From Nageia nagi (taxonomy: Eukaryota; Plantae; Pinophyta), in the NCBI GenBank assembly GCA_050084985.1, contig JBITNC010000002.1, positions 5,084,001 to 5,148,000 on the forward strand: a stretch of DNA of 64,000 nt. Reading direction: 5' to 3'. The position numbers and the translations under genes were made by a program. This document shows, piece by piece, positions 1 to 13,425 of the stretch. The notes under the pieces were generated by a model, which saw only the letters and a list, made by a program, of their open reading frames with translations, ran no database searches and was not told the DNA's origin. Position 1 is the stretch's first letter, and every line of letters begins with the position of its first letter.

Positions 1-1012
1 CTTATGTTATTTCTCAAAGATTTTCCTATCATTCACATTTTCCTTGGTTTTCAAAATGAAAATTTTTGCCTATCCTTCAACATAGGTAAAAAATTTCCCA
101 TTCATTCAAATTTTCCCTGATAAGTGCTAGTCTTATTATAAAGTTTTTGCTTGGTCAATGGCCTCGTCAGGAGTGGTAGGCTTAAAAGCTTTAATAGATC
201 CTCTAAATAAACTCTTATAGATTTCAATCCGTATAGCAAGTACATTCTAGGGAATAAAGAGTGGTAGGCTTAAAAGCTTTAACAGTTCCTCTAATAAACT
301 TTTATAGTTTTCAATGTTTATGGCAATAACATCGCAGGGATTAATATTTTCTTCAGGCAATTGAGTATGATGAAGCCCTTTGCAATAATATGCCACAGTG
401 CAAATTGCTTTAGGCTCATTAGGGCCAACAAGCAATCCTCTTTAGTATAAGTCTGGTTATGAGATATAAGTTTATAACATTCAAGAGGGAATTTGGACAA
501 TTTAATATAAAGGTCTTTGCTCTTTTGAATGCCTCCATCAAACTTAGGAATGAGAATTCTCTCCTTTACTTTCAGTTGTTGGAATGACCATTCCGGTTCT
601 ATTGATTACAATGGCAATCACCCTCTCTTCTAACGTTTTCTGTAAGACTATTCAAATAAGGGGACTCGTGAGGTTTTAAGACAATTAAAACCTCTTTAAA
701 AGTTGAACTTTTAAAGAGGTTTTAACAGAAGCAAAAAAGAACAACATTATGAATATGGTAGTTGATTTTACATAGGGTCTCGAGGATGGCAATGGCAGGA
801 TAACTGGGATGCATTTCCAGTCTAATTTGGGATAGGAGGCCTTTTTCCTGGTATGGCAAATTAGAAAATGCAAAGAAATAAGAGAAATGAGAAAATTACT
901 CCAAAATATTTCCATTATACCATATTCCATTGCATCGTTTCAATAAGTCTTTAGACTACTGCTATACAATAATTACCAACATGGACATGTACATTATAAT
1001 TAGAGCATGAGA
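1..1012 (-). mobile_element. Decayed retroelement remnant, possibly gag-like
   Basis: Short broken minus-strand ORFs (247-500) with a gag-like 'IPKFDG' motif near 530-555; no intact domain. Confidence 0.3.
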
Positions 1013-1017
1013 TAGAC

Positions 1018-2258
1018 TGTGATATCCCTTTTGGATAATTGTAATTAATTGTGGGATTCGAAAGATTCCTCTTTGTAATATACTTTATTCATGTATTTAC
1101 ACTTTATAATTGTAACTTAGGATAGGAGACTTAATGGGTCAATGGACCCCACTGTGAGGCCCAAGTGGGACGTCTCCCTCCTAAGTGGTAGATTAGGCAT
1201 TTATTGTATTGGAGATCCCGAATTGTGGGAATCCCAAGGTATATTTATGCATGAGAGTGATGGACGACCACCAGCATGCTAGTGCCATACTGGGGAGGGC
1301 CCCACACCCCCATGTTGGCTCATGAGGACTCCAGGATCCCCACATTGGCACTTTAAGTGCTAGGGACCCCATGTTGGCATTATGAGTGATCATGACCCCC
1401 ACGTTGGCACTTTAAGTGATTGGGCCCCCCAAAAGCCTAACGTTGGATTAGATGGGCCTGGGATGACTCCTAGGTGAGATCCGAACATGAGTAATGTATA
1501 AATAGACATTTGGAGCTTCATTACTGGACACCACTTATGGATTATTACTTCTACTACAGTCCTTCAGACACAAGTCTTAGTTAGCAGTGCTAAGCAACAC
1601 TTCCTAGGCAGAGCATCTAGAGGGTAGTCAGGCTGAGGGATACTGTCTATCTATGGCATTGGTGGAGCACCTTTGCCCATCCGGTGGCATTCCGAGGGTT
1701 TACCTCTACCATTCAGTCGGTTAGCCAAAGTTTGAGGAGGGCTCCTTCAGTGGAGAGAATTCGAGATCTAAGGGGCTAGATCTATCTCATGGTTCCATAG
1801 TTTGTCCAGCATTGGAGATATCAATTATTGTGCACTAGTTGGGTCCTTGGAGGCCAACGACTACGCATTGGGTTTGGTATTGTATTGCATTTAGTGTATA
1901 TCATTTGTATACAACCAGAGGGCATGGGATCTCATTGTGTTGTGTATTCCATACTTGTGCATGCGTTGGATTGATTATGCTCATTGTGCATGTATGAGCC
2001 GGACATTGGCATTTTGATGTGTTATTCATTGTTATATGCTTGTAAATGCTAGATGTTGGCATACTAATGATTGGATCTTGCATGTTATACTTAGACGTTG
2101 GCATCTTGAAGATTTGAATGTTTAATCTTAAAGCCCTAACCCAAACATTGCATGCTTTAGGGTTTGATTGTATGTGTTTGATGCCCTAGACCTGACGTTA
2201 AGGCTTGATGATCCTGAATTGCCTATTTGTGGCTGATTTTGATTTTTGGATCATCACA
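1018..2258 (+). mobile_element. Solo LTR of the Gypsy family shared with elements B and H
   Basis: Termini TGTGAT...ATCACA; 5-bp TSD TAGAC (1013-1017)/TAGAT (2259-2263); sequence blocks shared with LTRs at 8136, 11075 and 37912; TATA-like GTATAAATAG near 1496; ~30-bp repeats at 1305-1445. Confidence 0.85.
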
Positions 2259-3789
2259 TAGATTGATGGATAGTAGTCATTAAAACATTATCCTACATGT
2301 TCCATGAAACAAGTCATATCTTATGATGGCTTGACATACCTTTGAGCACAATTTGGCTGACCCATGTGCTCCATATGACATTTGATGGCCTCCAATGATC
2401 TCCCATGTGCCCACATTGCATTTTGTTGGTAATCTTTTCTCACACATTACAGTTCCAATTGACTCCAAACTTTAGCACATGCTATCCAATGTCAAAAGTT
2501 TGAGCCATAATATTATATGCAAATAATGTTAAAGAGAACCTAGTTTGGGAGACTTGACAATTGGTCATAGACTCATACTTCATCAAATACATGTTGGATT
2601 GTAATGTCCCCAATTTTAGCATTTCATTCATCTTGGCATTGTATCATTTTTATTGGACCACATGGAGTGGGATGCCTCTCTTTAGAGAATAATTAGGAAT
2701 TATTTTAGTTTTTAGGAGTGATTTTTTATATTTTAAATAATAATGGGACTTTATTTGATGTAATAATGTAAGTTTGCAATCCCAAAAGAGAATTAGATAT
2801 TCTATTTGGGACGTCCTATGTCTATGAGTGTTTTTGGTATTTTTGAGGCATTAATTAATGCTCTCGCTTGTAATCATGTAGCGTAGAACTCTAGGAGTGA
2901 TATTTGTGATCTCGAAGAAGGATTGTCTCCCAAAAAGGGACGTCCAATGTCATAGTGCTATTAGGGATCTCAAGATTCGAGATCATAATCCCAAGGCAAG
3001 ATTGTAAGCATCAAGATGGAACGTCTAGTTGTGCATGAATTCGAGGTGAGATCTAAGCCCCATAATAGAATGTCTAGCTATATATGGGAGGAAAGCACCT
3101 CTTTGAGATCATCTTTGTCTATTATCATCTTCTATCTCTTGAGTAAGTGACTTGTCACTTCTCTAGCATTCTTATGGACAAAAACTCGTGTTCTCAGGAG
3201 TGGATCCCTCACAAGATTCATGGGTGCTTCAATGTTCTAGATCCAGTAGTTAGAGGTCCTTCAGAGGTGTGTCCAACCTTTGGGGTTGTGGAGGTTCCGT
3301 TTTGGGTTCAGTTCCAAGGGTTTGAGGCCCTAACAGTGTGACTTCCAGCCTTGGAGGAGAGTTTTCATCACTTGGAGCATCATCTCACCTCTTGGACTCA
3401 AGCGTCCAACTAGTTGTGCATTTTGGAGTTGCTTGTTTCCAAATCTGGTCTCCAAAGCCAGACGTCTAGACCATTGGGCCATATCTGCTAAGCTTTGAGC
3501 TTTATAGTGAGACGTCCAACCCTAGGATATTTTGGATGATTTTTTGAGCATTGTATTTGGTTCCAAAGTGTACTTTATTTCATATTTGATTTTTCTGTCC
3601 CAAATAAAATTGCTTTGGTGTGTAATTTATTTTTTAAGTAAAATTGCATTTTTACTAATTTGGGACATTATAGTGGTATCAAAGTTGGTTTCTTGTCAGC
3701 CCATGTAGTGATTTTGAGGCAGTCTACTCATTGGTACTATCGAAGGAGGAAAAAGTCGAATTCCAATCTTCAAATCTAGCTAGAAGAAG

Positions 3790-5600
3790 AAATGGACTGG
3801 GTAGAAGAAATGTTTGAGGAAGGAGAGATGCATGAAGAGGGAGAACGACAAGAGGAAAGAAATGAAAATCTTAATGATAGAGCCGAAAGGAAATTTGATG
3901 TTATGCTCGATATGATGACAAAGTTGTTGGCCAAGTTAGATCAAGGGATCATTTAGCTAGCTCATGGAGAGAGTTCGGCCAGGAGAGAGTCCACTCAGCC
4001 TGTATTTCGTTGACCAATGCCATATGTGGGAGGAGAGAATTCCACTAGGAATTCACCTTTGCGTCCACTTCCTGAGTAGCCGCCACCCCTACCTAGGTCG
4101 TTTAGGCCAATGTTCCTTCAAAAGCAAGAAATAGATTCAAGTTTTGTGATGCCCTTGGAGCTGAATGCCCTTTTCCAGGAATACCAAGGAAATAATGAAG
4201 ATTTTAAAGCTTCAGTTACCTTCCAGAGCTACCTAGAGATCTTGGGGAAGAGAGCTGGAGCAAGTTGTTTTCTGGGAGGCAACCAAGGAGATAGGAGAGA
4301 TCTGCAACAGAAGCTGCATTGGATGCAAGTGCCAATGTATGACGGTAGTGACAAGATGATGACTACGACATAGCTACAGAAATTTTAGACATGCTTCACC
4401 CTTAGCCCTATGTCAGAAGAGGACAATATGCAATTTGCAACCCTACACCTAGAGGGAGTTGGAGTTGCATATGATTGGTGGTTTCATGGATTGATCACAC
4501 TAAGCCACAAGTTCGTCCATACTTTTGGAGAGTTTAGTTGGAGGATCTTGGATTGTTTTGATCAAAAGGATGAGGTGAATGTTTTCGAGATCTAGCATCT
4601 GTGAGGCAAAAGAGCATGGTTGAGGCCTACATTGTAGAGATCTTAGTGATGGCGCAAAACATCTCGGAGAAGAGGGTGACGTTCCTATTCATGGAGGGTT
4701 TGCTCAAGCCATTGAGGGGCATGGTGAAGGCATTTGCTCCTATTTCTTTGCAAGATGCCATCAAAAGGTCATTCACATTGGAGCCTTCCATGATGAGATC
4801 CAAACTTGGGATGTTTAGGCCATTACAGAAGAGTGCCTCTTACTTTGAGAGGATTTTGTCCCATTCCCAGAGAAGTCACTTACCTCTAGCAACTAAGAAG
4901 ATGGATGAGGCTACTAAGACTGATTTGAGGCAGAATAAGTTGTGCTTCTCTTGCAAGAGTCCGTGGGAGCCGGGTCACCATTAACTTGGAAAAGGGTAGA
5001 TCCACTATGTTGAGGTCATTTCAAAGGATGAGTTTGGTATGGAGCTATATCTGGAGGATCTAGGGCAACTGATCCAATACAATTAGATCCAATTTGGTTA
5101 GATCCAAGACGATTAGATCTAGGATGTCCACATCTAGGCACTAAGGATGCAAATCGTGGCACATTGGCCGCAATTTTTGGTGCGCCCAAGTACTTAACCA
5201 TCAGGATGCAAGGAAAGGTAGTTGGAGAGAATGTCATTGTCTTGATTGATGGTGGGGCTACCCACAACTTCATTGATGAAGGTTTCATAGCCAAGAAGAA
5301 TCTCCAAGCTGAAGATTTTATTGGGTTCAAAGTGGCAAATGCCAATGGGCAAATTTCTCTTTACGAAAAGGTGGTGAAAAAGTTTGGAGTCAGACTTGAA
5401 GATCATGTGGTGAGAGATGATTTCTATATCTTTCGATGGGCGGAATCCCCCACATGGTACTTGGAGTACAATGGTTGTATTCCTTGGGGAAGATTTACTC
5501 CAATTATCAAACATTGGAGATGAGATTCAAATATCAAGGACATGAAATCACCTTGAAGAGAATGAAAGATCATTACCCTAAACAAGGAACATCAAGCAGA
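3790..5600 (+). pseudogene. Element A gag and aspartic protease, frameshifted
   Basis: Gag motifs 'VPMYDGSDK', 'FATLHLEG..AYDWW', knuckle variant 'LCFSCKSPWEPGHH'; protease 'VLIDGGATHNFI' and 'MVLGVQWLYSLG'. Confidence 0.85.
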
Positions 5601-6295
5601 TTGGAGGTGGTGTATGATGGAGCTTGTGAAGTGAATTTCGTTTCAGATTTGATGGACATGAGGGATGAGGACCTCAATATACAGCAAGAGATATCTAATT
5701 TTTGTAAGCATGGAACAGATCTTGATCAAGGATCTAGTGAAGAGACCTTTTGGAGTACCCAACACTCAGTTTTGAATCTCCAAGAGGGATGTCCAGCTCT
5801 AGGAAGTTTGTGGAGGAGCTTGGAACATCAGATCCAGTGTTACTCAGCATTAGGAAGGGATGTCCACCTTATAGAGCATCATCTGTGCTATTTTGACACT
5901 TGGAACTGCCATGAAAATGCCACATAAAGGTATGACCTCAATTCTGAATTTTGTTTGTATCACAACAACAGTCTATTCATTCGGTATAAAATTGATATTC
6001 ATGAGGACCATGGGAAGAGTCAAGCATTGATGACTGTTGAAAAAGAGATGCAACTTGCATCATTAAAGATCACTTAAGAGATCTATTCTTGTGGAAAAAA
6101 TCTATCCATGTTTGGTCTTAGTTTGCTCAATATGAGTGTAATTGAGATGAGCAAAACTTTCAAGGAGGATGTCATAAGTAGGACTGCATTTGTTGACATG
6201 TTTGGGGCCTGCATTGCTGCTGAACCTTGAGATTGATCGGTTGATATCATTTTGGGCTGCATTGTTGATGTTTTGGGCAGCACCTTTTGTGATGA

Positions 6296-7460
6296 ATGAA
6301 GAAGTGTTTGGGGCTGTTATTGACTCATTCTTTCATACTATTTGAGGCTGCATTCTCTGTGTTGACAATAACAGTACCTTTCTTGATGAATGGGGCTGTT
6401 TCTTCTTTGACATTCAGAGCTGCATTTCTGTTTTTATATGAGAGGTCTTTACTTATGTTTTGGATGATGAATAGAGCTGAAATTTTGAGAAATGAAGCCA
6501 CATTTCTGTTGACATTTGGAGCTGTTGCAGTTGCATGTTTGTTGGTAATTAGGACTGTGTTTTTTAGAGCAATTGGCAGACCCAATGATGCTTAGGGCTG
6601 CAATTATGATATTTGGGACTGTTCCACTTGTGTTGCTCATGATAAAAAGGGTTGATTTAGTTGCACACTTCATATTGGTGTCAAAGGCTGCATTTGTGTT
6701 GATTTGGACTGCAAGTTTGATGAAGACTACTGCTGTCTTTATTGTGTTTTGGGGTCCATCTTGGGTGATGTTTACTGCTGTCTTACTTTTGACATTTTGG
6801 GCTGTATTTTTCATGACACATCTAATGGTGTTTGGGGATGTGTTGGAGACAGTGGAGGCTGCATTGTATATCAGATGTGTGTTCTTAATAACTGCTGCAT
6901 TTATCATGATATTTGGGGCTGCACTTTTGATGAAGTTGGATACAAACTTCATAAAGATGTTTAGGTCTGCCATGGTGATGATGATGATGGCTGTGTTTTT
7001 CACATGGTTTGGGACTGATATGCACATGCATGAGCTTGTAGATTTCATGTATGCTTATTTGCAAGACATGAAAGATGACAATGATGTCATGATGATAGTT
7101 TCTCAAGACTACAGTGATTGCCTTATTGATTGGGTATTACATTCACATATTGATGAAAAACTTCAAATTTTTCTTACAGAATGTATGGATCTTGATGTTG
7201 TCTTTGCACCAGAGGATACATGGAAGATAATATCTTGACATGTTGAGGATGTGGAGCCAAACTTTGATGTTATTGCAAGTAGAGAGAAGCAAAACATTGG
7301 TGAAATTGTTTTTGTTGAAGAGGTTGTACATCCTATTTGGAATTGCTTGAGGAGAAGCTATTTTGAGTGGGGTGGACTTGTAATATCCCCAATTTTGCTC
7401 ACCCATTTCGGCATTGTATCATTTTTATTGGGCCACATGGAATGGGACACCCTTCTTTAG
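6296..7460 (+). CDS. Element A 3' ORF of unknown function (repeat-rich, interrupted), runs through the PPT into the 3' LTR
   Basis: ORFs 6296-6595, 6573-7238 and 7251-7460 (the last two in the same frame); C-terminal 'DLDVV..EDTWKIIS' and 'CLRRSYFEWGGLVISP' match the ORFs of elements B and H. Confidence 0.5.
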
Positions 7461-8135
7461 AGAATAATTAGGAACTATTTTAGTAGTTAGGAGTGATTTT
7501 TTATATTTTAAATAATAATGGGATTTTATTTGATGTAATAATGTAAGTTTGTAATCCCAAAAGAGAATTAGACATATCTATTTGGGACGTCTTATGTATA
7601 GGAGTGTTTTTGGTATTTTTGAGGTATTAATTAATGCTCTCGCTTTTAATCATGTAATGTAGATCTCTAGGAGTGATATTTGTGATCCTGAAGAGGAATT
7701 ATATCTCCCAAAAAGGAATGTCTAGTGTCATAGTGCTATTGGGATCTCAAGATTCGAAAATCATAATCCCAAGGCAAGATTGTAAGCATCAAGATGGGAT
7801 TTCCAGTTGTGCATGACTCCGACGTGAAATCTAGGCCCCAAAATGGAATGTCTAGCTATATGTGGGAGGAGAACACCTCTTTGAGATCATCTTTGTCTAT
7901 TATCATCTTTTATCTTGAGTAAGTGACTTGCCACTTCTCCAGCCTTCCTGTGGACGAAAACATGTAGAAAGGAGACTTCTTGAGGACAAAAACCTTCAAG
8001 GAGTAAAGGACGAAGGATGAAAACCCTTGTGTTTCCAAGAATGGATCCCTCACAGGATTCACAGGTGCTTCAATGTTCCATATCCAACGATTGGAGGTCC
8101 TTCAATGGTGCATCCAGCCTATGGGATTGTGAAGG

Positions 8136-11100
8136 TGTGATGTACCCCTTTTGAGTATTGTAATTAATTTTGGAATCCAACGGATTACCGCTTTGTACAT
8201 ATTTAATTATGTTTTATTAGCTAGGTCTTGGGATAGAAGATATAAAGGTCCATTGGACCCTGCTGTGAGCCCTAAGTGGGATGTCTCCCACCCAAGTGTA
8301 GTTTAGTGTGATTTAATGTACTTGGAGATCCCGAAATATGATTATGGGAATCCCAAGGTCTATTTAGCACCTATAGCATGGACAATCACTTAATGGCTCG
8401 AACGTTGAGATTGGGAGCACTTATACACATGCATCAACCTTGGGGAGACTTTAGACCCCCACGTGGCCCCATGACACTCACGCATGCCTCCTTGACCCAC
8501 GCATGCATCCTTAGGCCCACGTTGAACTTGAGGACCCATGTGGAGCATGAGGGAGGCCCAGATACCCACGTTGTGCCTGGAATGACTCCTAGGTGCAATC
8601 ATTGGGGTTTGAGGGGCTAGGTGATGACTTTGAGGTGAGATCCAAATCCAGTGAGAGCTATATTAGCCCTTAGAGCATCGTTGTTGGATATACAAATTAT
8701 TGATTATACACTTACCGTCCAGAGGACAGAAGTCTTAGCGTAACGTCGAGCAATATTCCTAGGTGCAACATCTAGAAGGATTGATAGGCTGAGGGATCCT
8801 GTTAATCTACGATTTTTGATGTAGCACCTTAGCTCATCTAGTGGTATTCTGAGGTCACATTTCTACCATTCAGTTGGTCGCCAGGGTTTGGAGAGGGCTC
8901 CTTTGGTGGAGAGGATTCAGATTGAGGGAGTGAGGCTATCCCATTCAGTGTTTCGTCCATTCATCTTTAAGGATATTCGTTGTGCCTAGTTGGCTCCCTA
9001 GGAGGCCAACGTTGAGCCCTTTGGGCTTGGTATTGTATCTTGTTCCATCATATATCTTAATACAAGTTGTGGGCTATTGGAACTCATATTTGGATTGTGC
9101 ACTTGTCTATATTTGCAATGTTGTGGTATGTTTGCCCTTTCATGCATGTTGTAGCTAGACGTCGGCATTATTGTGTTGTATAGACTTGTATTGGATGCTC
9201 TAACCCTAATGTTGGCATATTGAGGTGTTGAATGCTTGTTGATGCCCTTCTAGGCCAAACGTGGGTGCTTGTTCAATTTAATTTGCTTAATTGCATGTAA
9301 AATTGTATTTGGGATTCTACAGTGGTATCAAAGCTTGGATCTGGCCAACCTGTGTGGTGAGATCTAGCTATAAGCAAATTGAACCAGTGGATCAAGAGGT
9401 TCTGCACTTAAAAGGCCAGTTTCAGGGTCAAAATGATAGTTTTTCGGGATAATCTGAATTCGTAGACTAAGTAGTCTGGGGTTTGGACAATATATCTATA
9501 GATCTGAAGGTCGTTTCTAGGTATAAAAAGTCTTGATCTATTATCCTGGCTAATTATAAAATTTTAATATGAAGATTTCAGGTTTCTGAGTTAGGGTTTT
9601 GAAGACTATGGCACCATGGGAAGAAACCAAGAAGTATGATAAGCTCGTATATCTTTGTAGAAACATTTTGTAGCTCTACTTGACATACCTCATGTAGTGA
9701 TACAATGATTTCTGATTTTCCAAGATCTGAAATAGCATTCTTTTCTTTGCAATCCCTATCTTCCTCCATGTTAGATTCAAAGCCATCTTCACCTTCCTTA
9801 CTACTATTTCCGGAAACCAAATCTTAAACAACAATTTCCTCTTTCTTTCCAATCTTATTACTTTCAACAACACCATGCAAAATTTTTTAATTATTGTCAT
9901 AGAAATGAGAATTGCTTTCATACCTTTTTGGGGTGTCAACATGGCTGGTCCAAGATTCTTCCTTTGCCAATTCTCCTTTTTGTCCAACGTTGGGTGCCCA
10001 AGCTCCTTGGTGTTCAACGTGGGGTGCTAAACCTTGTCCTAGTTCAACGTTGGGTGCCAAGCCTTCTTTATGTCTAGTGTGGGATGTCAGACTTCCTCTA
10101 TGCCCAACGTGTGATGCCAAGATGCCTCCTTGTCTATTCTCACCGTTGAATATAGGAATCTTATCAATCCCTCTTTTGATTCCGTCGGAATTCTTTCTTG
10201 GTATTTTTGTGGCCATGGTGGAGATGAACATGATGGTGGAAAATGTTGAGTTCTTCTTTTTGCATGAAGAGTGTCTTGAGATCTGAAATCTTCTCTGGAT
10301 TTGATGTCATTTTCTTCACACTCTCTCATACGGCCAGATCGGAGTGATCTAGGGCTAGTGTAACCCCCAACGTCTCTTCTTGAGGAATTTCTTTGGAGAA
10401 ATGCATTTAACTCCATAGTTTGCTATTGTATTTTTATATCTGATATGCACTCTTTTGGATGAAAGTACTCCTTGCAAGATGGTTGTTCATATTTCAGAAT
10501 GTGATGCTTGGTTGGCTGATTTAAATGAAGATGAGTGCACTAAAATTTCAGACCTGTTATGTATTTGCTCCATCACTAACATGGTTGGAAATAGTTTCAA
10601 AAAGTTGATTGCTATCCCTATCTTAATGGATACAATCATTGATGACTATTTGGTGATGATAAGAGGCTTTGTTTGGATTATTGTTGGTATTTCAGGTCCT
10701 GCTTTGTTGGCTGCCATTAGTACACAGTTAGAGACCTTTTGGTTGGCACTCCTTGCACTGTTTGAGGGTAATTATGAAGACCCAACATTGGCAACCTTTC
10801 TACCAACTATTGATACATGTTTGCACATTGATTGGGAAGTCTTGAGAACTGATTTTGAGCCATTGCACGCTGATTTTTATTTCATACCTGAGTATCATAC
10901 ACTTGCTAATTTTTGGAAGGCTGTTGTGCACACTTTTGTGGTTGAGTTTGTTGGATGCATAATTGATATGGTTTTTTCACTTGAGCATGATGGACTCTAT
11001 TCTTTGAGATGGGTTTGGGACCTTTGGTTGTATTGTAATTGCTTGATGGCAAGCAATCTCGAGAGGGGAGGCTTTGTGACATCCCCCTTTTGAGTATTGT

Positions 11101-12271
11101 AATTAATTATGGAATCCAACGAAGTCCCTCTTTGTACATATTTAATTATTTAATTATGTTTTATTAGCTAGGACTTGGGATAGAAGATATAAAGGTCTGT
11201 TGGACCCCACTCTGAGCCCCATGTGGGACGTCTCCCTCCCAAGTGTAGTTTAGTGTGATTTAATATACTTGGAGATCTCGAAATATGATTTTGAGAATCC
11301 CAAGGTCTATTTAGCACCTAGAGCATGGCTAATCACTTAATGGCCCAAACGTTGAGATTGGGAGCACTTGTACACATGCGCCATCCTTGGGGAGACTTCT
11401 AGACCCCCACATTGGCCCATGACACCCACGCATGCCTCCTTGACCTATGCATGCCTCCTTAGGCCCACGTTGAGCTTAAGGACCCATGTGGAGCATGAGG
11501 GAGGCCTAGATACCCACATTGGGCCTAGAATGACTCCTAGGTGCCATCGTTGGGGTTTGAGGGGTTGGGTGATGACTTTGAGGTGAGATCCAAATCCAAT
11601 GAGAGCTATATTAGCCCTTGGAGCATCATTGTTGGATATACAGATTATTGATTATACACGTACCGTCCAAAGGACACAAGTCTTGGTGCAGGGTCAAGCA
11701 ATATCCTTGGGTGCAACATCTAGTAGGGTTGACAGGCTGAGGGATCCTGTTAATCTACGGCCTTGGTGTAGCACCCTAGCCCATCCAGTGGTATTTCGAG
11801 GTCACACTTCTACCATTCAGTTGGTCGCTTGGGTTTCGAGAGGGCTCCTTCGATGGAGAGGATTTAGATTTTGAGGAAGTGAGGCTATCCCATTCAGTGT
11901 TCCATCCATCCAACTTTGAGGATATTCGTTGTGCCCTAGTTGGCTCCTTGAGAGGCCAATGTTGAGCCCTTTGGGCTTGGTATTGTATCTTGTTCCATCA
12001 TTTATCTTAATACAATACGTGGGCTATTTGATCTCATATTTGTATTGTGCACTTGTCTATATTTGCAACGTTGTGGTATATTTACCCTTTCATGCATGTT
12101 GTAGCTAGACATTGGCACTATTGTGTTGTATAGACTTGTATTGGATGTCCTAACCCTAACATTGGCATATTGAGGTGTTGAATGCTTGTTGATGCCCTTC
12201 TAGGCCAGACGTGGGTGCTTGTTTAGTTGAATTTGCTTAATTGCATGTAAAATTGTATTTGGGATTCTATA
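8136..12271 (+). mobile_element. Element B: non-autonomous Gypsy element nested in the 3' LTR of A
   Basis: LTRs 8136-9321 and 11075-12271 (TGTGA...TCTACA/TCTATA); PBS TGGTATCAAAGC 9323-9334; PPT GAGAGGGGAGGC; TSD GAAGG (8131-8135)/GGAGG (12272-12276), and the uninterrupted site in A's 5' LTR reads GGAGG. Confidence 0.92.
10455..11093 (+). CDS. Element B 3' ORF (212 aa), homologous to the ORFs of H and A
   Basis: 'DTCLHIDWEVLRTDFEPLHADF' vs 'STCLHIDWGVLRTNDESLHADF' in ORF 36371-37735; ends 'CLMASNLERGGFVTSPF' inside the LTR. Confidence 0.55.
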   Translation: MDESTPCKMVVHISECDAWLADLNEDECTKISDLLCICSITNMVGNSFKKLIAIPILMDTIIDDYLVMIRGFVWIIVGISGPALLAAISTQLETFWLALLALFEGNYEDPTLATFLPTIDTCLHIDWEVLRTDFEPLHADFYFIPEYHTLANFWKAVVHTFVVEFVGCIIDMVFSLEHDGLYSLRWVWDLWLYCNCLMASNLERGGFVTSPF

Positions 12272-13366
12272 GGAGGTTCCGTTTGAGTTCACATCTAGGG
12301 GTTTAAGGCCCTAGCAATGTGACGTCCAGCCTTGGAAGAGATTTTTCATCATTTGGAGCATCATCTCACCTCCTGGACTTAGACGTACAACCAATTGTGC
12401 ATTTTGGAGTTGCTTGTTGCCAAATCTGGTGTCCTAAGCCAAACGTCTAGCCCATTGGGCCATCTTTGTTGAGATTTGAGCTTTGTAGTGAGACGTCCAG
12501 CCCTAAGGCATTTTTAGATGATTTTTTGAGCATTGTATTTGGTTCCAAAGTGCAATTAATTTTACATATGATTTTTCTTACCCAAATAAAATTGCTTTGG
12601 TGTGGAATTTGCTATTTTTGAGTAAAATTGCATTTTTACTAATTTGGGACATTACATGGATACAATGGAATCTTCCATGCATGTATCACCTATTGCTTGT
12701 TAGTGGTAGCATTTATTGCCCACTTATCAAAATGTATTTATGTATTTTCATATTGTTGTTGAGTGAAAATTTGTATCATAGATGCATAAATGTATCATGC
12801 TTATACAAGTTTAGGGAAGTTGGACTGCAATACTAACCCCGCATCATTAGAGTAATGCTGATAAAATCTCTAATGGTTTGTTAGTTAGCGGTATTAATAA
12901 ACTATAATATACTACTGTTATTCATTAGCTATTAGTTATGTATGAACCCCTATATATGCATATCAACTAATCATGTTGCTGATGAAGTTGTATTGTTTTA
13001 TGCTTTCTTTCATCTCTCGAAGTGTTTTGTACTTTGATTTTTATATAGTAAACGTAAATATTTGATTTGTAAGTCTAAAATATAGCGATTGCTTTTCTTC
13101 TTGTGTTCCTTTAGTATGTAACAGTGGTCAAGTTCATTCTGCCGTCTAAAAAGTGGATTTTAAAAAATGATTATGTTCACATGTTCCTTTGTGTGTGTGC
13201 TCTTGTTTGTCCTACGTAGCAGAAGTTTTTTTTGAGGGTTTCAAAGCTATGAGTCAATACATGGATTCGAAGACTTGTATTTTTCTGTTGGAAATATGGC
13301 ATGTAATAACTAGAATAACCAGTTATTGTAGCATGAAATACCTTCAAGTGCTTTTTTGCTTTGCAG

Positions 13367-13425
13367 GATGATTTTATGCCACGCACTGCTACTCCATTGG
13401 AAGACATGTTCAAGTGTATGTTTTG
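13367..13425 (+). CDS. Class-3 lipase (alpha/beta-hydrolase) family gene, internal exon
   Basis: ttgcag|GATGATTTTATGCC...TTTTG|gtacg encodes DDFMPRTATPLEDMFKCMF, matching the plant family motif 'DDFLPRTATPLEDIFKS.FC'; phase 2 fits the next exon. Confidence 0.9.

Larger units (their letters stand above)
2600..12656 (+). mobile_element. Element A: non-autonomous Ty3/Gypsy LTR retrotransposon (gag + protease, no RT/RH/INT), with element B nested in its 3' LTR
   Basis: 5' LTR 2600-3672 (TGTAATGTCCC...GGGACATTATA); tRNA-Met PBS TGGTATCAAAG at 3674; PPT GAGTGGGGTGGACT before the 3' LTR (7379-8135 + 12272-12656, ends GGGACATTACA); perfect TSD TGGAT at 2595-2599 and 12657-12661. Confidence 0.92.

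Noticed and set aside
6449-7048. 199-aa antisense ORF in element A
   Set aside because: Mirror of the repeat array; the frame conserved across elements is on +
9930-10120. Regularly spaced 30-bp units resembling a CRISPR array
   Set aside because: Degenerate tandem repeats inside a plant LTR element; no constant repeat/unique spacer structure and no cas genes
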